DNA of 49,014 nucleotides. Source: Candidatus Helarchaeota archaeon. GTDB lineage: Archaea; Asgardarchaeota; Lokiarchaeia; Helarchaeales; RDOG01. The stretch lies in NCBI GenBank assembly GCA_029838215.1, contig JALGVI010000009.1, positions 1 to 49,014 on the forward strand, read 5' to 3'. Below the pieces are notes generated by a model, which ran no database searches, was not told the origin of the DNA, and saw only the letters and a program-made list of their open reading frames with translations. Of the stretch, positions 1 through 9,266 are shown piece after piece. Position numbers and translations under genes: made by a program. Position 1 is the stretch's first letter, and the number at the start of each line of letters is the position of its first letter.

Positions 1-918
1 AAGCGATTCCCTTTCTTTAAGGTATTGCTTCATCAGATGAATTTCTATAACGTGTATGAGAATTTTTCGATGTTTGAGCGGTTTGAAAGGAAAAAGAACA
101 TTAGGTCTGCGTTCTACTTGCTCCCTTCGGATTATGATGTCAAGAGAATTGAAGGCAAGGTCAAAAAACTCGATCGTTCGGGTTGGGATATTGGATTGCA
201 CGGCAGTTTTGGCACGCACGAAGACTTGGAAAAACTAAAGGACGAAAAGCAATTAATAGATGGTTTAATTGATGGTAATGTTCATGGTAACAGGTTTCAT
301 TTTTTGAAGTTTTCATATCCCGAGTCGTGGGGCATCTTAGAAAGGGCGGGTTTCGCGTATGATACTACTTGTGGTTCCAGCACGCACGTTGGCTTTCGAA
401 ATGGCTTTCCTTTCCCATTTTTTCCACCTTCAGATAATTGGGACACGCTGAGAATAGTTGAAATACCCTTACAAATCATGGATGCAACGCTCTGGACATA
501 TAAAAAATTCACGGAATCGGAAGCTCTTGAGTTTCTAAGGAAAAATTATTCGTTGATCAAGCAACAAAACGGAATGTTCTCGTTATTATGGCATTACGGA
601 GTCCTAAACATGAAGGGAGGACGAATTTATCCCGAAATCCTTGAATTTCTTGACACTTCTAAAGTTTTAACGGCACGAGAAATAGCAGATTGGTGGAATA
701 AAAGAAATGATTGCAATATCACGATAAATAAAAAACACTCGAGCCACGAAGTTCGCATTTATACGAGTGATGGAGATCTTGCGGGAATTGGACTTCAATT
801 GGTAACCGACTTAACAGTAAAAAAGTGTTCGTCTAACGTAAAAATAATGAACATGGAAAACAATATCGGGAAACTTCTCATTACGGGGAATTCCGAAGCA
901 CGAATCACGTTGGAATGA
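1..918 (+). CDS. Polysaccharide deacetylase (NodB-like) family protein, 5'-partial
   Basis: The frame is open from base 1 (KRFPFFKVLLHQ...), so it starts before the window. It contains IGLHGS, GNRFHFLKF, GFAYDTT and EIPLQIMD...LLWH motifs typical of CE4-like deacetylases. Confidence 0.75.
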   Translation, partial: KRFPFFKVLLHQMNFYNVYENFSMFERFERKKNIRSAFYLLPSDYDVKRIEGKVKKLDRSGWDIGLHGSFGTHEDLEKLKDEKQLIDGLIDGNVHGNRFHFLKFSYPESWGILERAGFAYDTTCGSSTHVGFRNGFPFPFFPPSDNWDTLRIVEIPLQIMDATLWTYKKFTESEALEFLRKNYSLIKQQNGMFSLLWHYGVLNMKGGRIYPEILEFLDTSKVLTAREIADWWNKRNDCNITINKKHSSHEVRIYTSDGDLAGIGLQLVTDLTVKKCSSNVKIMNMENNIGKLLITGNSEARITLE

Positions 919-1038
919 AAAAACAATTACCTATAAGAGAATAAAAAATCAAATAATTTAAGAGATGAATTTTTCAGAAAAAAAATTGATCATTAATTAA
1001 TAATTAACCTTGATAAAAGATGAACACGGAGTGAAAAA

Positions 1039-2763
1039 ATGACAGAAGAGAATAATGGTTGCGAATATGACCATGAAAAGTTGTATAATTTTGATAATTA
1101 CGCACCTTGGGTACGTCCTGACAGACTTTGGTTCAAGAACATTCCCGATTTCATTCCAAAATCGATCAATTATCCTAAATTAAAGGGATTGTGGTGCCTT
1201 TTAAAAACCACGGCGAAAAAATTCCCTTACAATTGTGCAATTCTATATGAGCCTGACTCACCATTAGAACGAAAATACATGTACATGGAGTTTGATCATT
1301 GGGCAAACAAGTGTGCTAACATGTTATACAACTTGGGTGTAAAAGAAGGGAAAGGTGTCTTGGTTTTTACACCAAATAATCCTGAATTCATGTTCTCCTT
1401 GTTTGGTATTCTTCAGACTGGCGCGGCAATAGTTCCTTGCAATCCACTCTTGAAGAAGAAAGAAGTTTCTCATATCATCAGCAATTCTGAGATAACGGAT
1501 ACGGTAATCGTTCACCAGTCATTATTATCAACGATTAAAAGAGTCCGCAAATCCATTTCCATTCCAAACATCATTGTCATCCCCGGTGATAAGGAAGTAG
1601 ATCCCGAGTTCATGGATTTTAATAAGTTGATAAATGAAGCAGAACCCAAACCTCCAAAGATAAGCATAGATGTCAACAAGACCATTGCTGCCCTGATGTA
1701 CACGGGAGGTACGACAGGGTTACCGAAGGGAGTAATGCTCACTCATGATAATTTAATAAAAAACACGTTTCAAGCAGGTCTATTCTTGTATGACAAGCCA
1801 AAGACCTTGGATTTACTCGGAACGAGTGCTAATTTGGCGGTCTTGCCATTATGCCACATTTTCGGGCTATATCTTTCCTTTGCAACCACCGCAAGTGCTT
1901 ATCTCAATATCATGATGAAGTTCGATCCTGCTCGGGCATTACAAGTCATTGAAAAATACAAGCCTTTCATGATCAGTGGAGTGCCCACGCATTTCCAATT
2001 GCTTTCGACACCTCCAGAATTCAAAGATAGAGATATTTCGAGTTTAAAATTAATTACTTCTGCAGGAGCAGCCCTTGCACCAGCCATTGCAAAAAAATAT
2101 GAAGCAAAAGATGTTGTCGTAAAGATGGGCTATGGACTTACGGAATGTTCGCCAGCCACGCACCTCCAACCCGAGTGGTTGAAATACAATTCTGAAAGCA
2201 TTGGGGTTCCCATTCTTGATACCGATGCCAAAATCGTGGACCCAACAAATTATGAAAGAGAGACAGAAATAGGTCAAGCCGGAGAATTGTTGATTCGTGG
2301 TCCACAAACGATGAAGGGTTATTGGAGGAATGAGGAGGCAACAAAGTCGGTGATTTTAAAGGATGGTTGGCTACGCACCGGAGATATCGCAAGAATGGAT
2401 GAAAATGGTTATTTTTACATTGTTGGTCGAAGCAAGGAACAAATCAAGTATAAGGGATATCGCATTCTTCCATTCGAAGTCGAGACCACGCTTTTCGAAC
2501 ATCCTGCGGTTGCGGATTGTGCAGTCATTGGCATTCCCGATGAAAACGTTGGCGAAATCATTCGAGCATTTATAAAATTAAAGCCGGAATTCAAGGGAAA
2601 AATCACCGAACAAGAAATCATCGAGTGGGCAAAAGAAAACATGGCGGGTTACAAATGGCCGAGGCAAGTAGAGTTCATCAGCTCCATCCCAAAAAGCCCT
2701 GTTGGAAAAACATTACGCCGTGGACTTCGAGAAAAAGCCTTGAAAGAGATTTCCAAGCAATAA
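1039..2763 (+). CDS. Long-chain fatty-acid--CoA ligase (AMP-binding family)
   Basis: YTGGTTGLPKG P-loop, GYGLTE, WLRTGD, IVGRSKEQIK and C-terminal PKSPVGK adenylate-forming motifs; GGAGTGA SD-like site upstream. Confidence 0.93.
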   Translation: MTEENNGCEYDHEKLYNFDNYAPWVRPDRLWFKNIPDFIPKSINYPKLKGLWCLLKTTAKKFPYNCAILYEPDSPLERKYMYMEFDHWANKCANMLYNLGVKEGKGVLVFTPNNPEFMFSLFGILQTGAAIVPCNPLLKKKEVSHIISNSEITDTVIVHQSLLSTIKRVRKSISIPNIIVIPGDKEVDPEFMDFNKLINEAEPKPPKISIDVNKTIAALMYTGGTTGLPKGVMLTHDNLIKNTFQAGLFLYDKPKTLDLLGTSANLAVLPLCHIFGLYLSFATTASAYLNIMMKFDPARALQVIEKYKPFMISGVPTHFQLLSTPPEFKDRDISSLKLITSAGAALAPAIAKKYEAKDVVVKMGYGLTECSPATHLQPEWLKYNSESIGVPILDTDAKIVDPTNYERETEIGQAGELLIRGPQTMKGYWRNEEATKSVILKDGWLRTGDIARMDENGYFYIVGRSKEQIKYKGYRILPFEVETTLFEHPAVADCAVIGIPDENVGEIIRAFIKLKPEFKGKITEQEIIEWAKENMAGYKWPRQVEFISSIPKSPVGKTLRRGLREKALKEISKQ

Positions 2764-2806
2764 TTTCTTTTTTTTATTTCACTTGAGAGATATCAAGCAC
2801 GGCATA

Positions 2807-3241
2807 TCAGTCTTCAAGATCCTTTAGATCTTTTTCTTTTAGGCATCTTAATAGAGCTCCCGTGAGCAGTAGTTTGGATATCCTTCGCTTCCCCGAGATT
2901 TTCAAACCACCGAGAATGGACTTTAACGTGCTCATTTGCCAAGATGAAAATTCAAAAAATTTACTCAATGGAGCATACATCTCGAGGTGGGGATTCTCAA
3001 TCTTTCCCCTGCTGAATTCATACGTGCCTTTCTGCGGGTCGAATACAATGCCAATCGTGCCCACGATCTTACTCTTGTCATATTTCTCATCGGTAAGAGA
3101 AAGATTTAGCCGCAGATCTGCTTTTTTTATTTTTTCTCTCCATTTTGGATGTCTCATCTTTTCTTTTAAAATGTCCTTGAGGCTTTTTTCCAAAGAATTA
3201 ATCATGTTTTCGTTCGGATTCCAATCACTCAAAAGAAACAC
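2807..3241 (-). CDS. Small protein, probably SCP2 (sterol carrier/lipid-binding)-like
   Basis: About 140 aa with a pattern (G.IENPHLEM...F..F......L..ILGGLKISG) resembling SCP2 domains; convergent with the acyl-CoA ligase. The start may be TTG at 3232. Confidence 0.45.
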   Translation of the reverse strand: MFLLSDWNPNENMINSLEKSLKDILKEKMRHPKWREKIKKADLRLNLSLTDEKYDKSKIVGTIGIVFDPQKGTYEFSRGKIENPHLEMYAPLSKFFEFSSWQMSTLKSILGGLKISGKRRISKLLLTGALLRCLKEKDLKDLED

Positions 3242-3461
3242 ACCACATCTTTCTATCGTATTTTCAGATGCTAATCAGATGGATAATCTTTAAAGAATTT
3301 CCTTAAGAAAAGCACTAATCAAATAACGACTCATAATACTTAACTTAATAAATATCAAGTTCAAAATCCAATCAAAAATAAAAGATTTAAGAAATCATGC
3401 ATTTTTCCGGTATTTATTAAAAACCAGTCATGAAGGGCTAATTTCGTGGAGAGTTCATGAG

Positions 3462-5330
3462 ATGGAAGAAGACGAAATAGAAATGTATCTGGACATCTTA
3501 AGAGAATCCTCGACACCATTTGACCGATTCGTTTCTCATGGTCATACAAAAGATCCATTAGAAATGGACATAGAACGTCCTCGTGCACAAGCAGAACGGA
3601 TTGTTAATCGGGCCTTGAGATCTACCTTAAATGATAGGAGGGCACGATTTTGTCCGATTGTTGGTGCAGCAGGGACAGGTAAGACGCATTATTATTGGGT
3701 ATTGCAGGACCGTGAGGAAACAAAGGAAGGCGAGAAATGGGCAGTGGTGTACGTGCCATCACCTCCCGCTCAAGTTCGACTCTTGTTGCACATTTACACT
3801 TGTCTCGTCGATGAATTGGCGCCCCGCGGCTTGTTGAAGGACATATCTAAAAAAATCGTTGATAAATACAAGCCGGGCTTCCTGACAGGAATGAAAAAAG
3901 TCATTGAAAATGCCACGAGAGAGAACCCGGGTGTTAGCGGTGATGTTGTTCGGGCTTTGATCACGTATGAGATGTCAGATTCACGGAGAAAACGACGGTT
4001 TGCAGAAAAATGGTTATTAGGAGAGCCATTATCGGAAGAAGAGCTTGAATTGGCGCAATTAAATTCCGTGATTGAAGATGATGATGTCTGCCTGGCAACC
4101 ATAAAATTATTTGCACAATATAGCCCTCGCGTGTTGATTTTTTATTTTGATGAATTAGAAATTCCATACAGGACGTTTGGTGAAGAAGCGGAAATTAGCT
4201 TGCTGGAAACGATCAAGCGAATATATAACGAAATCCCAAACATATTGATTATCACGGCCTGTTTAGACACGGTATGGGAGAGAATTTATGAGAATAAGCC
4301 TGATCGTCCTGCTTTGGCGGATGCCGCCTTGAAAGGTAGGATGGAAACGGTTGCGGTTCTCAAGCCTTTTACCGTCGAAGACGTGGAAATTTTTTATAAG
4401 AGAGCCATGAAGTATTTTTGGGAGAATGAGAAGAACATGGCTGCACCTGCGGATCCCTTGTTTCCACTAAATGAGGATATATTCAAGAAGATTCATGAAA
4501 GAAGCCGCGGTAATCCCCGCGATTCCATCAAAATTATTCGAGATTACCTCGATAAGGTGTTGTTCGGGGAGGAAGGAGTAGAAATTAGCCGTGAAGAGAT
4601 TGCAACATTTGAAACGGAAGAGGTTCCTGCGAGTTCTGCACCAGTTGAAATCACGGTTACTGAAGAAATCATAGAAGAAACAGAAAAAACGACAACAAAA
4701 CCAGTAACAGAACAGCAAACATCGGTCAAGGTCGAAACATCCAATGCAACTGTTGAGGAAGAACTTCCTTCAGAAAAGCTCAAGAAGACACTCGTTCAAG
4801 TTGCAATAGAGGAGGATGATTACGTCATTGAGGTCACGCCTTCTGCAGTTACGGGTGCCGCCACGGATAGCATAAACATCCTGAGTAAAAAGCTGGGAGA
4901 AGAGATAGAAATTAAGATTGGGAGTTCCTTTACTTTTAAAGGCAGGTCGAAAAATATCGGTGCGGAGATAATTAAGGGTGATCTCCACATAGCATTGGAT
5001 GTTCCCTCGGTCAAGAGTTTTGATAGGAGTGGAGGCGTGGCAGCATTTTATGCTATCACTCGTTGTAGAGATGGAATTGAGTCAGGAACATATCAAAAAG
5101 CCATCCTGATAGTTCCTCGAGGAACCGGTGGTGCAAAATATTCTTCGGTTCGTGATTCGAATAAGGAAAACATCACGGTCATAGAAATAAATCAAAAAGA
5201 AGCCGAGCAACTGATTGCCCTTTCAAAGAGCGAGCCTTCAGAAAAGGGATTAGAAATTGCAAGCGTCGTTTTTCCAGAATTGAAGAAAGAAGAAGCAGAA
5301 ACATCCGAAGAAACTGGCACTCAAGAATGA
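3462..5330 (+). CDS. AAA+ P-loop ATPase (Orc1/Cdc6/ExeA/BrxD-like) with acidic linker and unknown C-terminal domain
   Basis: Walker A GAAGTGKT, Walker B LIFYFDELE, ALKGRM and RGNPRD sensor-like motifs; E/T-rich low-complexity linker around aa 375-435. Confidence 0.75.
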   Translation: MEEDEIEMYLDILRESSTPFDRFVSHGHTKDPLEMDIERPRAQAERIVNRALRSTLNDRRARFCPIVGAAGTGKTHYYWVLQDREETKEGEKWAVVYVPSPPAQVRLLLHIYTCLVDELAPRGLLKDISKKIVDKYKPGFLTGMKKVIENATRENPGVSGDVVRALITYEMSDSRRKRRFAEKWLLGEPLSEEELELAQLNSVIEDDDVCLATIKLFAQYSPRVLIFYFDELEIPYRTFGEEAEISLLETIKRIYNEIPNILIITACLDTVWERIYENKPDRPALADAALKGRMETVAVLKPFTVEDVEIFYKRAMKYFWENEKNMAAPADPLFPLNEDIFKKIHERSRGNPRDSIKIIRDYLDKVLFGEEGVEISREEIATFETEEVPASSAPVEITVTEEIIEETEKTTTKPVTEQQTSVKVETSNATVEEELPSEKLKKTLVQVAIEEDDYVIEVTPSAVTGAATDSINILSKKLGEEIEIKIGSSFTFKGRSKNIGAEIIKGDLHIALDVPSVKSFDRSGGVAAFYAITRCRDGIESGTYQKAILIVPRGTGGAKYSSVRDSNKENITVIEINQKEAEQLIALSKSEPSEKGLEIASVVFPELKKEEAETSEETGTQE

Positions 5331-5364
5331 ATTTCAATGTAGAAAAAATGAATTGAAATCGGTG

Positions 5365-6012
5365 TCAAAAACCTGCGGCTTTTTTACCTTTTTCATATCC
5401 TGTCATTAGAGCCTTTTCGTTTTCTTCAAATGCTCTTGACCATTGTTGCTTAAGGGTTTTCTTCATTGCATCCAATGGAACCGGAAAGTTGGGATCCACG
5501 CCCATTGCAAAGCCGATGAGGACAATGTTCATGCGATCAAATCGCCCGAAGAGGTCCTTTGCGATCATGTTTGCATTCAACGTGAATATGTTTTTAGAGA
5601 AATCCTTGAGAGAAGCCATCCATTCTTCTTGCGAGGGGTATTTTACGCCACTAAAGATGTGATCGGAGGAAGGCATCGTATATTCGTTGACGATGACGAT
5701 GGTATTCTCGTTTAGGTATAAAGAATTTCGCAATCCTTCAAGAGGTTCGCTGAAGATCGCCATGTGTGCCATTCCCGTTCCAACGGTTCCTGCGTAGATC
5801 TTGGAGCGTTCACCCGTGATGTCTTCATCACCTGGTTCAGGGATGCCATATCGAACCGTTGCGGTTACCGAGCCTTCCCTCATGGTGGCACCGCGGGTTT
5901 CGGTTCCATTCACGTGAAGATTTGCTTCGATGCCTGCAATTTTTAGGAGTTGGGCGAGAGTCACGATACCCTGCCCACCTACGCCACTACATACAATATC
6001 GTACTTTTTCAT
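5365..6012 (-). CDS. iorB: Indolepyruvate:ferredoxin oxidoreductase beta subunit
   Basis: N-terminal GVGGQGIVT, ETRG..MREGSV, and E.LRN...L; directly downstream of iorA. Confidence 0.9.
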   Translation of the reverse strand: MKKYDIVCSGVGGQGIVTLAQLLKIAGIEANLHVNGTETRGATMREGSVTATVRYGIPEPGDEDITGERSKIYAGTVGTGMAHMAIFSEPLEGLRNSLYLNENTIVIVNEYTMPSSDHIFSGVKYPSQEEWMASLKDFSKNIFTLNANMIAKDLFGRFDRMNIVLIGFAMGVDPNFPVPLDAMKKTLKQQWSRAFEENEKALMTGYEKGKKAAGF

Positions 6013-6021
6013 GTCAACACC

Positions 6022-8010
6022 TCAAATCTGCGGTCTTATTAGAACCGTTTCTACAATTGCACCGTTGGGACATACATCCTTGCAAACTCCGCAATTGGTG
6101 CATTTTGCCTCTTCAATGTAGTAATATTCAACGCCGTTTTCATCCTTATCTTGCCGAATGGCAACGCATCCAAAGACTTTCGTGCATTCATCGCATCGTT
6201 CACATCGCTCGGGAATGATTTGATATCGGAATTCAATTTCTTCAGGGAGTTTGGCGCGTCTTCTTCGTCTATCAACTTGAATATTGCATTCACGCGTAGA
6301 AATCACGACTTTTGGACCTTTATTCTTTGGATTCAAGCAATCAAGAAACACTTTTTGCAGCGTTTTGATTCGATATGCGTCGACGACCTTGATGTATTTC
6401 ACGCCCATGGACCTGCAAATATCGTATAATTTAATTGGGTCCATTTCTTCTCCAAGGCTATTCACGCCCGTATGTGGCAATGGTTGATGCCCGGTTAAAG
6501 CCGTCCATCGATTATCCATGATTATTAACGTGATGTCGGCATTTGAGTATATGGCATTCAAGAGAGCAGGCATTCCAGAGTGGAAGAACGTTGAATCCCC
6601 AATAAAGGCAAAGATAGGTTGATCGGAAGTATTTATTCGATGGGCAAGACCCTGACCGATTCCAACGCCTGATGACATGCAGATTAAATAGTCTCCCATG
6701 GAAAGTGGAGGTGCTGCCGCAAGAGCATAACATCCGATGTCATCACCAATTACTGCTTTATCGGAAATACCGGCATCATTAAGTGTCTTTTTGAGAGCAT
6801 AAACAGTCGCACGATGTGGACAACCCGCACAAAATGAAGCCATCCGTTGTGCCAGTCCACCTTTTACTTTAGAATACTTATTTGTAATGGTTGAAATATC
6901 GATTTTTGGTTTTGCATCGGGCAGGACTTTCATTATTGCTTTCGTCACGATATCATGATTGAATTCTCCTGAAATGGGAAGAACCCCGCGTTTATAGATA
7001 TCCTTTCCATAAATTTCGAGCTTGATGCCGGCATCAAAAAGCACGCGTTTAATTGAATCTTCGAGAAAAGGGTCCATTTCTTCGACAACAATGATTTTAT
7101 CTAAATTCGAGCTGAAGTCGACAACGGTTTTTTCGGCAATTGGAAATTGAATGCCAAGCCGCAGTATGGGAATATCATCAAGTTCTAATAGGTTACAGGC
7201 TTCAAGAACGTAACCATATGACATGCCACCCGTGATTATTCCGACTTTGGCACTTTCGGCACCAGGGACGATCTTGTTCAGTCCTGCTTCATTTTTTTCA
7301 GCCCACTTTTTTGCTTTTTTCAAGCGCTTATGAAGGCGACGGTGATTTTCGAGTCCAATTGCCTGTGCTTGAATGTATCTAGATTTTGCAGACTTGAATT
7401 TGCCCACGGGAGAGACATTTGACAATGCCTCAAGAGAGCCCAGTTCAATATCACCCATTGAATGAGCAAGACGAGTGTTAAAATTAAACAGAACAGCCAG
7501 ATCCCATTTTTTTGACATTGCTACGGCATGTATCATGAAATCTTTTGCTTCTTGAATTCCAGAAGGTTCGAAAATGGGAAGACCCATGTGTCGAGCAATA
7601 TCCCTGTTATCAGCTTCATTGGTGCTTGAAATCAAACCGGGATCTCCGGCATGAACGATGACAAGTGAGCCAGGTTTAGTACCTGCATAATTTGAACATT
7701 GTACTATGTCGGCAGCTACATTTAACCCCAACATTTTAAAACAGACAATTGAATTGGCACCACCCCATGCACCTCCCCAAGCGCACGCGCTTGCAACGGC
7801 TTCATTTGCAGAATATTCAAAGTAAATTTCGGGTATTTCCTTGGATACTTCCATGAAAGCATCAGCAACTTCTGATGCGGGAGCACCCGGATAAGTCGTG
7901 ACAAAGTTTACCCCTGCTTCTAAACCTCCACGAACAATGGCTTCATCTCCAAGTGTCAATATCCGTTTTCCCGGTGCATCTAACATTAATTTTTTCATGA
8001 TTTCACCCAT
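6022..8010 (-). CDS. iorA: Indolepyruvate:ferredoxin oxidoreductase alpha subunit
   Basis: LGDEAIVRG, YPGAPASE, FCAGCPHR, GDDIGCY, TPP motif GDSTFFHSG, and C-terminal ferredoxin Cys clusters. Probable start is ATG 7998. Confidence 0.93.
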   Translation of the reverse strand: MGEIMKKLMLDAPGKRILTLGDEAIVRGGLEAGVNFVTTYPGAPASEVADAFMEVSKEIPEIYFEYSANEAVASACAWGGAWGGANSIVCFKMLGLNVAADIVQCSNYAGTKPGSLVIVHAGDPGLISSTNEADNRDIARHMGLPIFEPSGIQEAKDFMIHAVAMSKKWDLAVLFNFNTRLAHSMGDIELGSLEALSNVSPVGKFKSAKSRYIQAQAIGLENHRRLHKRLKKAKKWAEKNEAGLNKIVPGAESAKVGIITGGMSYGYVLEACNLLELDDIPILRLGIQFPIAEKTVVDFSSNLDKIIVVEEMDPFLEDSIKRVLFDAGIKLEIYGKDIYKRGVLPISGEFNHDIVTKAIMKVLPDAKPKIDISTITNKYSKVKGGLAQRMASFCAGCPHRATVYALKKTLNDAGISDKAVIGDDIGCYALAAAPPLSMGDYLICMSSGVGIGQGLAHRINTSDQPIFAFIGDSTFFHSGMPALLNAIYSNADITLIIMDNRWTALTGHQPLPHTGVNSLGEEMDPIKLYDICRSMGVKYIKVVDAYRIKTLQKVFLDCLNPKNKGPKVVISTRECNIQVDRRRRRAKLPEEIEFRYQIIPERCERCDECTKVFGCVAIRQDKDENGVEYYYIEEAKCTNCGVCKDVCPNGAIVETVLIRPQI

Positions 8011-8728
8011 TTTTAACCATGTGTTGATAATAACTCGTAATCGTGGTCGCTGTAAGAAAATCTCATCAATATTACATCAATAATTTACAAAGAAGTTCTT
8101 ATTCTTCATAATATGAAACAAATTTAAAAATGATTCGTCAAGCTTTTCATCTCTTTTCAAGCAATTTCGATAGTTTCGGGCAAGATTGATTGATATTTTT
8201 CTTCCGTGCTGGTTTGAAGATCTTTTCGAGTAATTTTACATCGGCACGATTGGAATTTAACAATAATGAATTTTTAAGATGCATTTTCGACTGGAATTTC
8301 ATCCGACAATGGAAGTATAATGACGAAAAATGCATGATTTTGATTTTCCACTAAATTTCATGATATAGAAAAAAAAAATCATTAAAAAAAGCACTTTGAA
8401 TAAATGACATAGTCCGAAGAGATTCATCACATCAGTTCCACTCAAGCAAATCAGAGGATTTCGAAAGGGATTTCAAGCTCAGCATGTAATTTTTATTAAT
8501 TGTGGCAAATCTTTTGAATTTTTTCGCGTAATCAGGTGAGAATGGTGTTTTTCTTAAGAGCAATTCAGCCGTTTACTCAATTTGTTAAACGAAGTTCTTA
8601 GGAAAATATAAAAATATAAGAAAGAAGAGAAATAAAAGAAACTGAAATTCGCTTTATGACTTTACGCCGAAGTCATCAAGTCAAATACAAACGTAAAAAG
8701 ACGAGAAATACACTCTCCCAAGAAGGAG

Positions 8729-9247
8729 TTGATAAAAATTCGAGAAGAAGTTGATTATACAGAAGCTGTTAACGAATTCAAGAATGACGATACCGTGAAA
8801 ATCGAACCGTGGGTTGATAGACTCGATCATCTGCGAGTGACGATTACAGGAATCAAGAATACACCCTATGATAAGGGTAAATTTGTTTTTGAGATAAAAA
8901 TGCCCTCAAATTATCCTTATGCTCCACCATACTGTTATTGTCAAACTTTGATTTGGCATCCAAACATTGACCCATCAGTACCACCTGGAAAAACAAACAT
9001 CTGCTTAGATTTGATCAATCCGGACCTGATCGGAAAGGTCGATGCTGCTTCAGGTGCAAGTGGATGGACACCTTCGAAAACCCTTATCAATGTCATTGAG
9101 GCTCTCAAGGGAATGATTCATTGCCAGGCTCCGTTCTTCAACCCTGCTGATCCCCTGAATCACAAGGCGGGTGAACAGGCTCAAAAAAACCCGAAGAAGT
9201 TCGCTGCAGAAGCTCGCAAGTGGACGGAAAAATACGCAAAAAGATAA
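8729..9247 (+). CDS. Ubiquitin-conjugating enzyme E2 (UBC fold)
   Basis: TPY..G.F..EI..P.NYPY.PP, HPNI, catalytic ICLDL, W.PS.TL, DPLN..A; TTG start after AGGAG. Confidence 0.93.
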   Translation: MIKIREEVDYTEAVNEFKNDDTVKIEPWVDRLDHLRVTITGIKNTPYDKGKFVFEIKMPSNYPYAPPYCYCQTLIWHPNIDPSVPPGKTNICLDLINPDLIGKVDAASGASGWTPSKTLINVIEALKGMIHCQAPFFNPADPLNHKAGEQAQKNPKKFAAEARKWTEKYAKR

Positions 9248-9266
9248 AGCAGGTGGGGATGGAATC

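Noticed and set aside
8011-8728. 720-bp intergenic region with a GTGATGA/CTGA pair on the minus strand (possible C/D sRNA) and the 62-aa ORF 8147..8335
   Set aside because: The D-like box precedes and abuts the C-like box, with no downstream D box or guide spacing. The ORF has no motif or SD. The region is best read as a divergent promoter region.
9171-9266. N-terminal extension of the JAMM ORF overlapping the E2
   Set aside because: It is a shifted-frame reading of the E2 3' end; ATG 9267 is the more plausible start.
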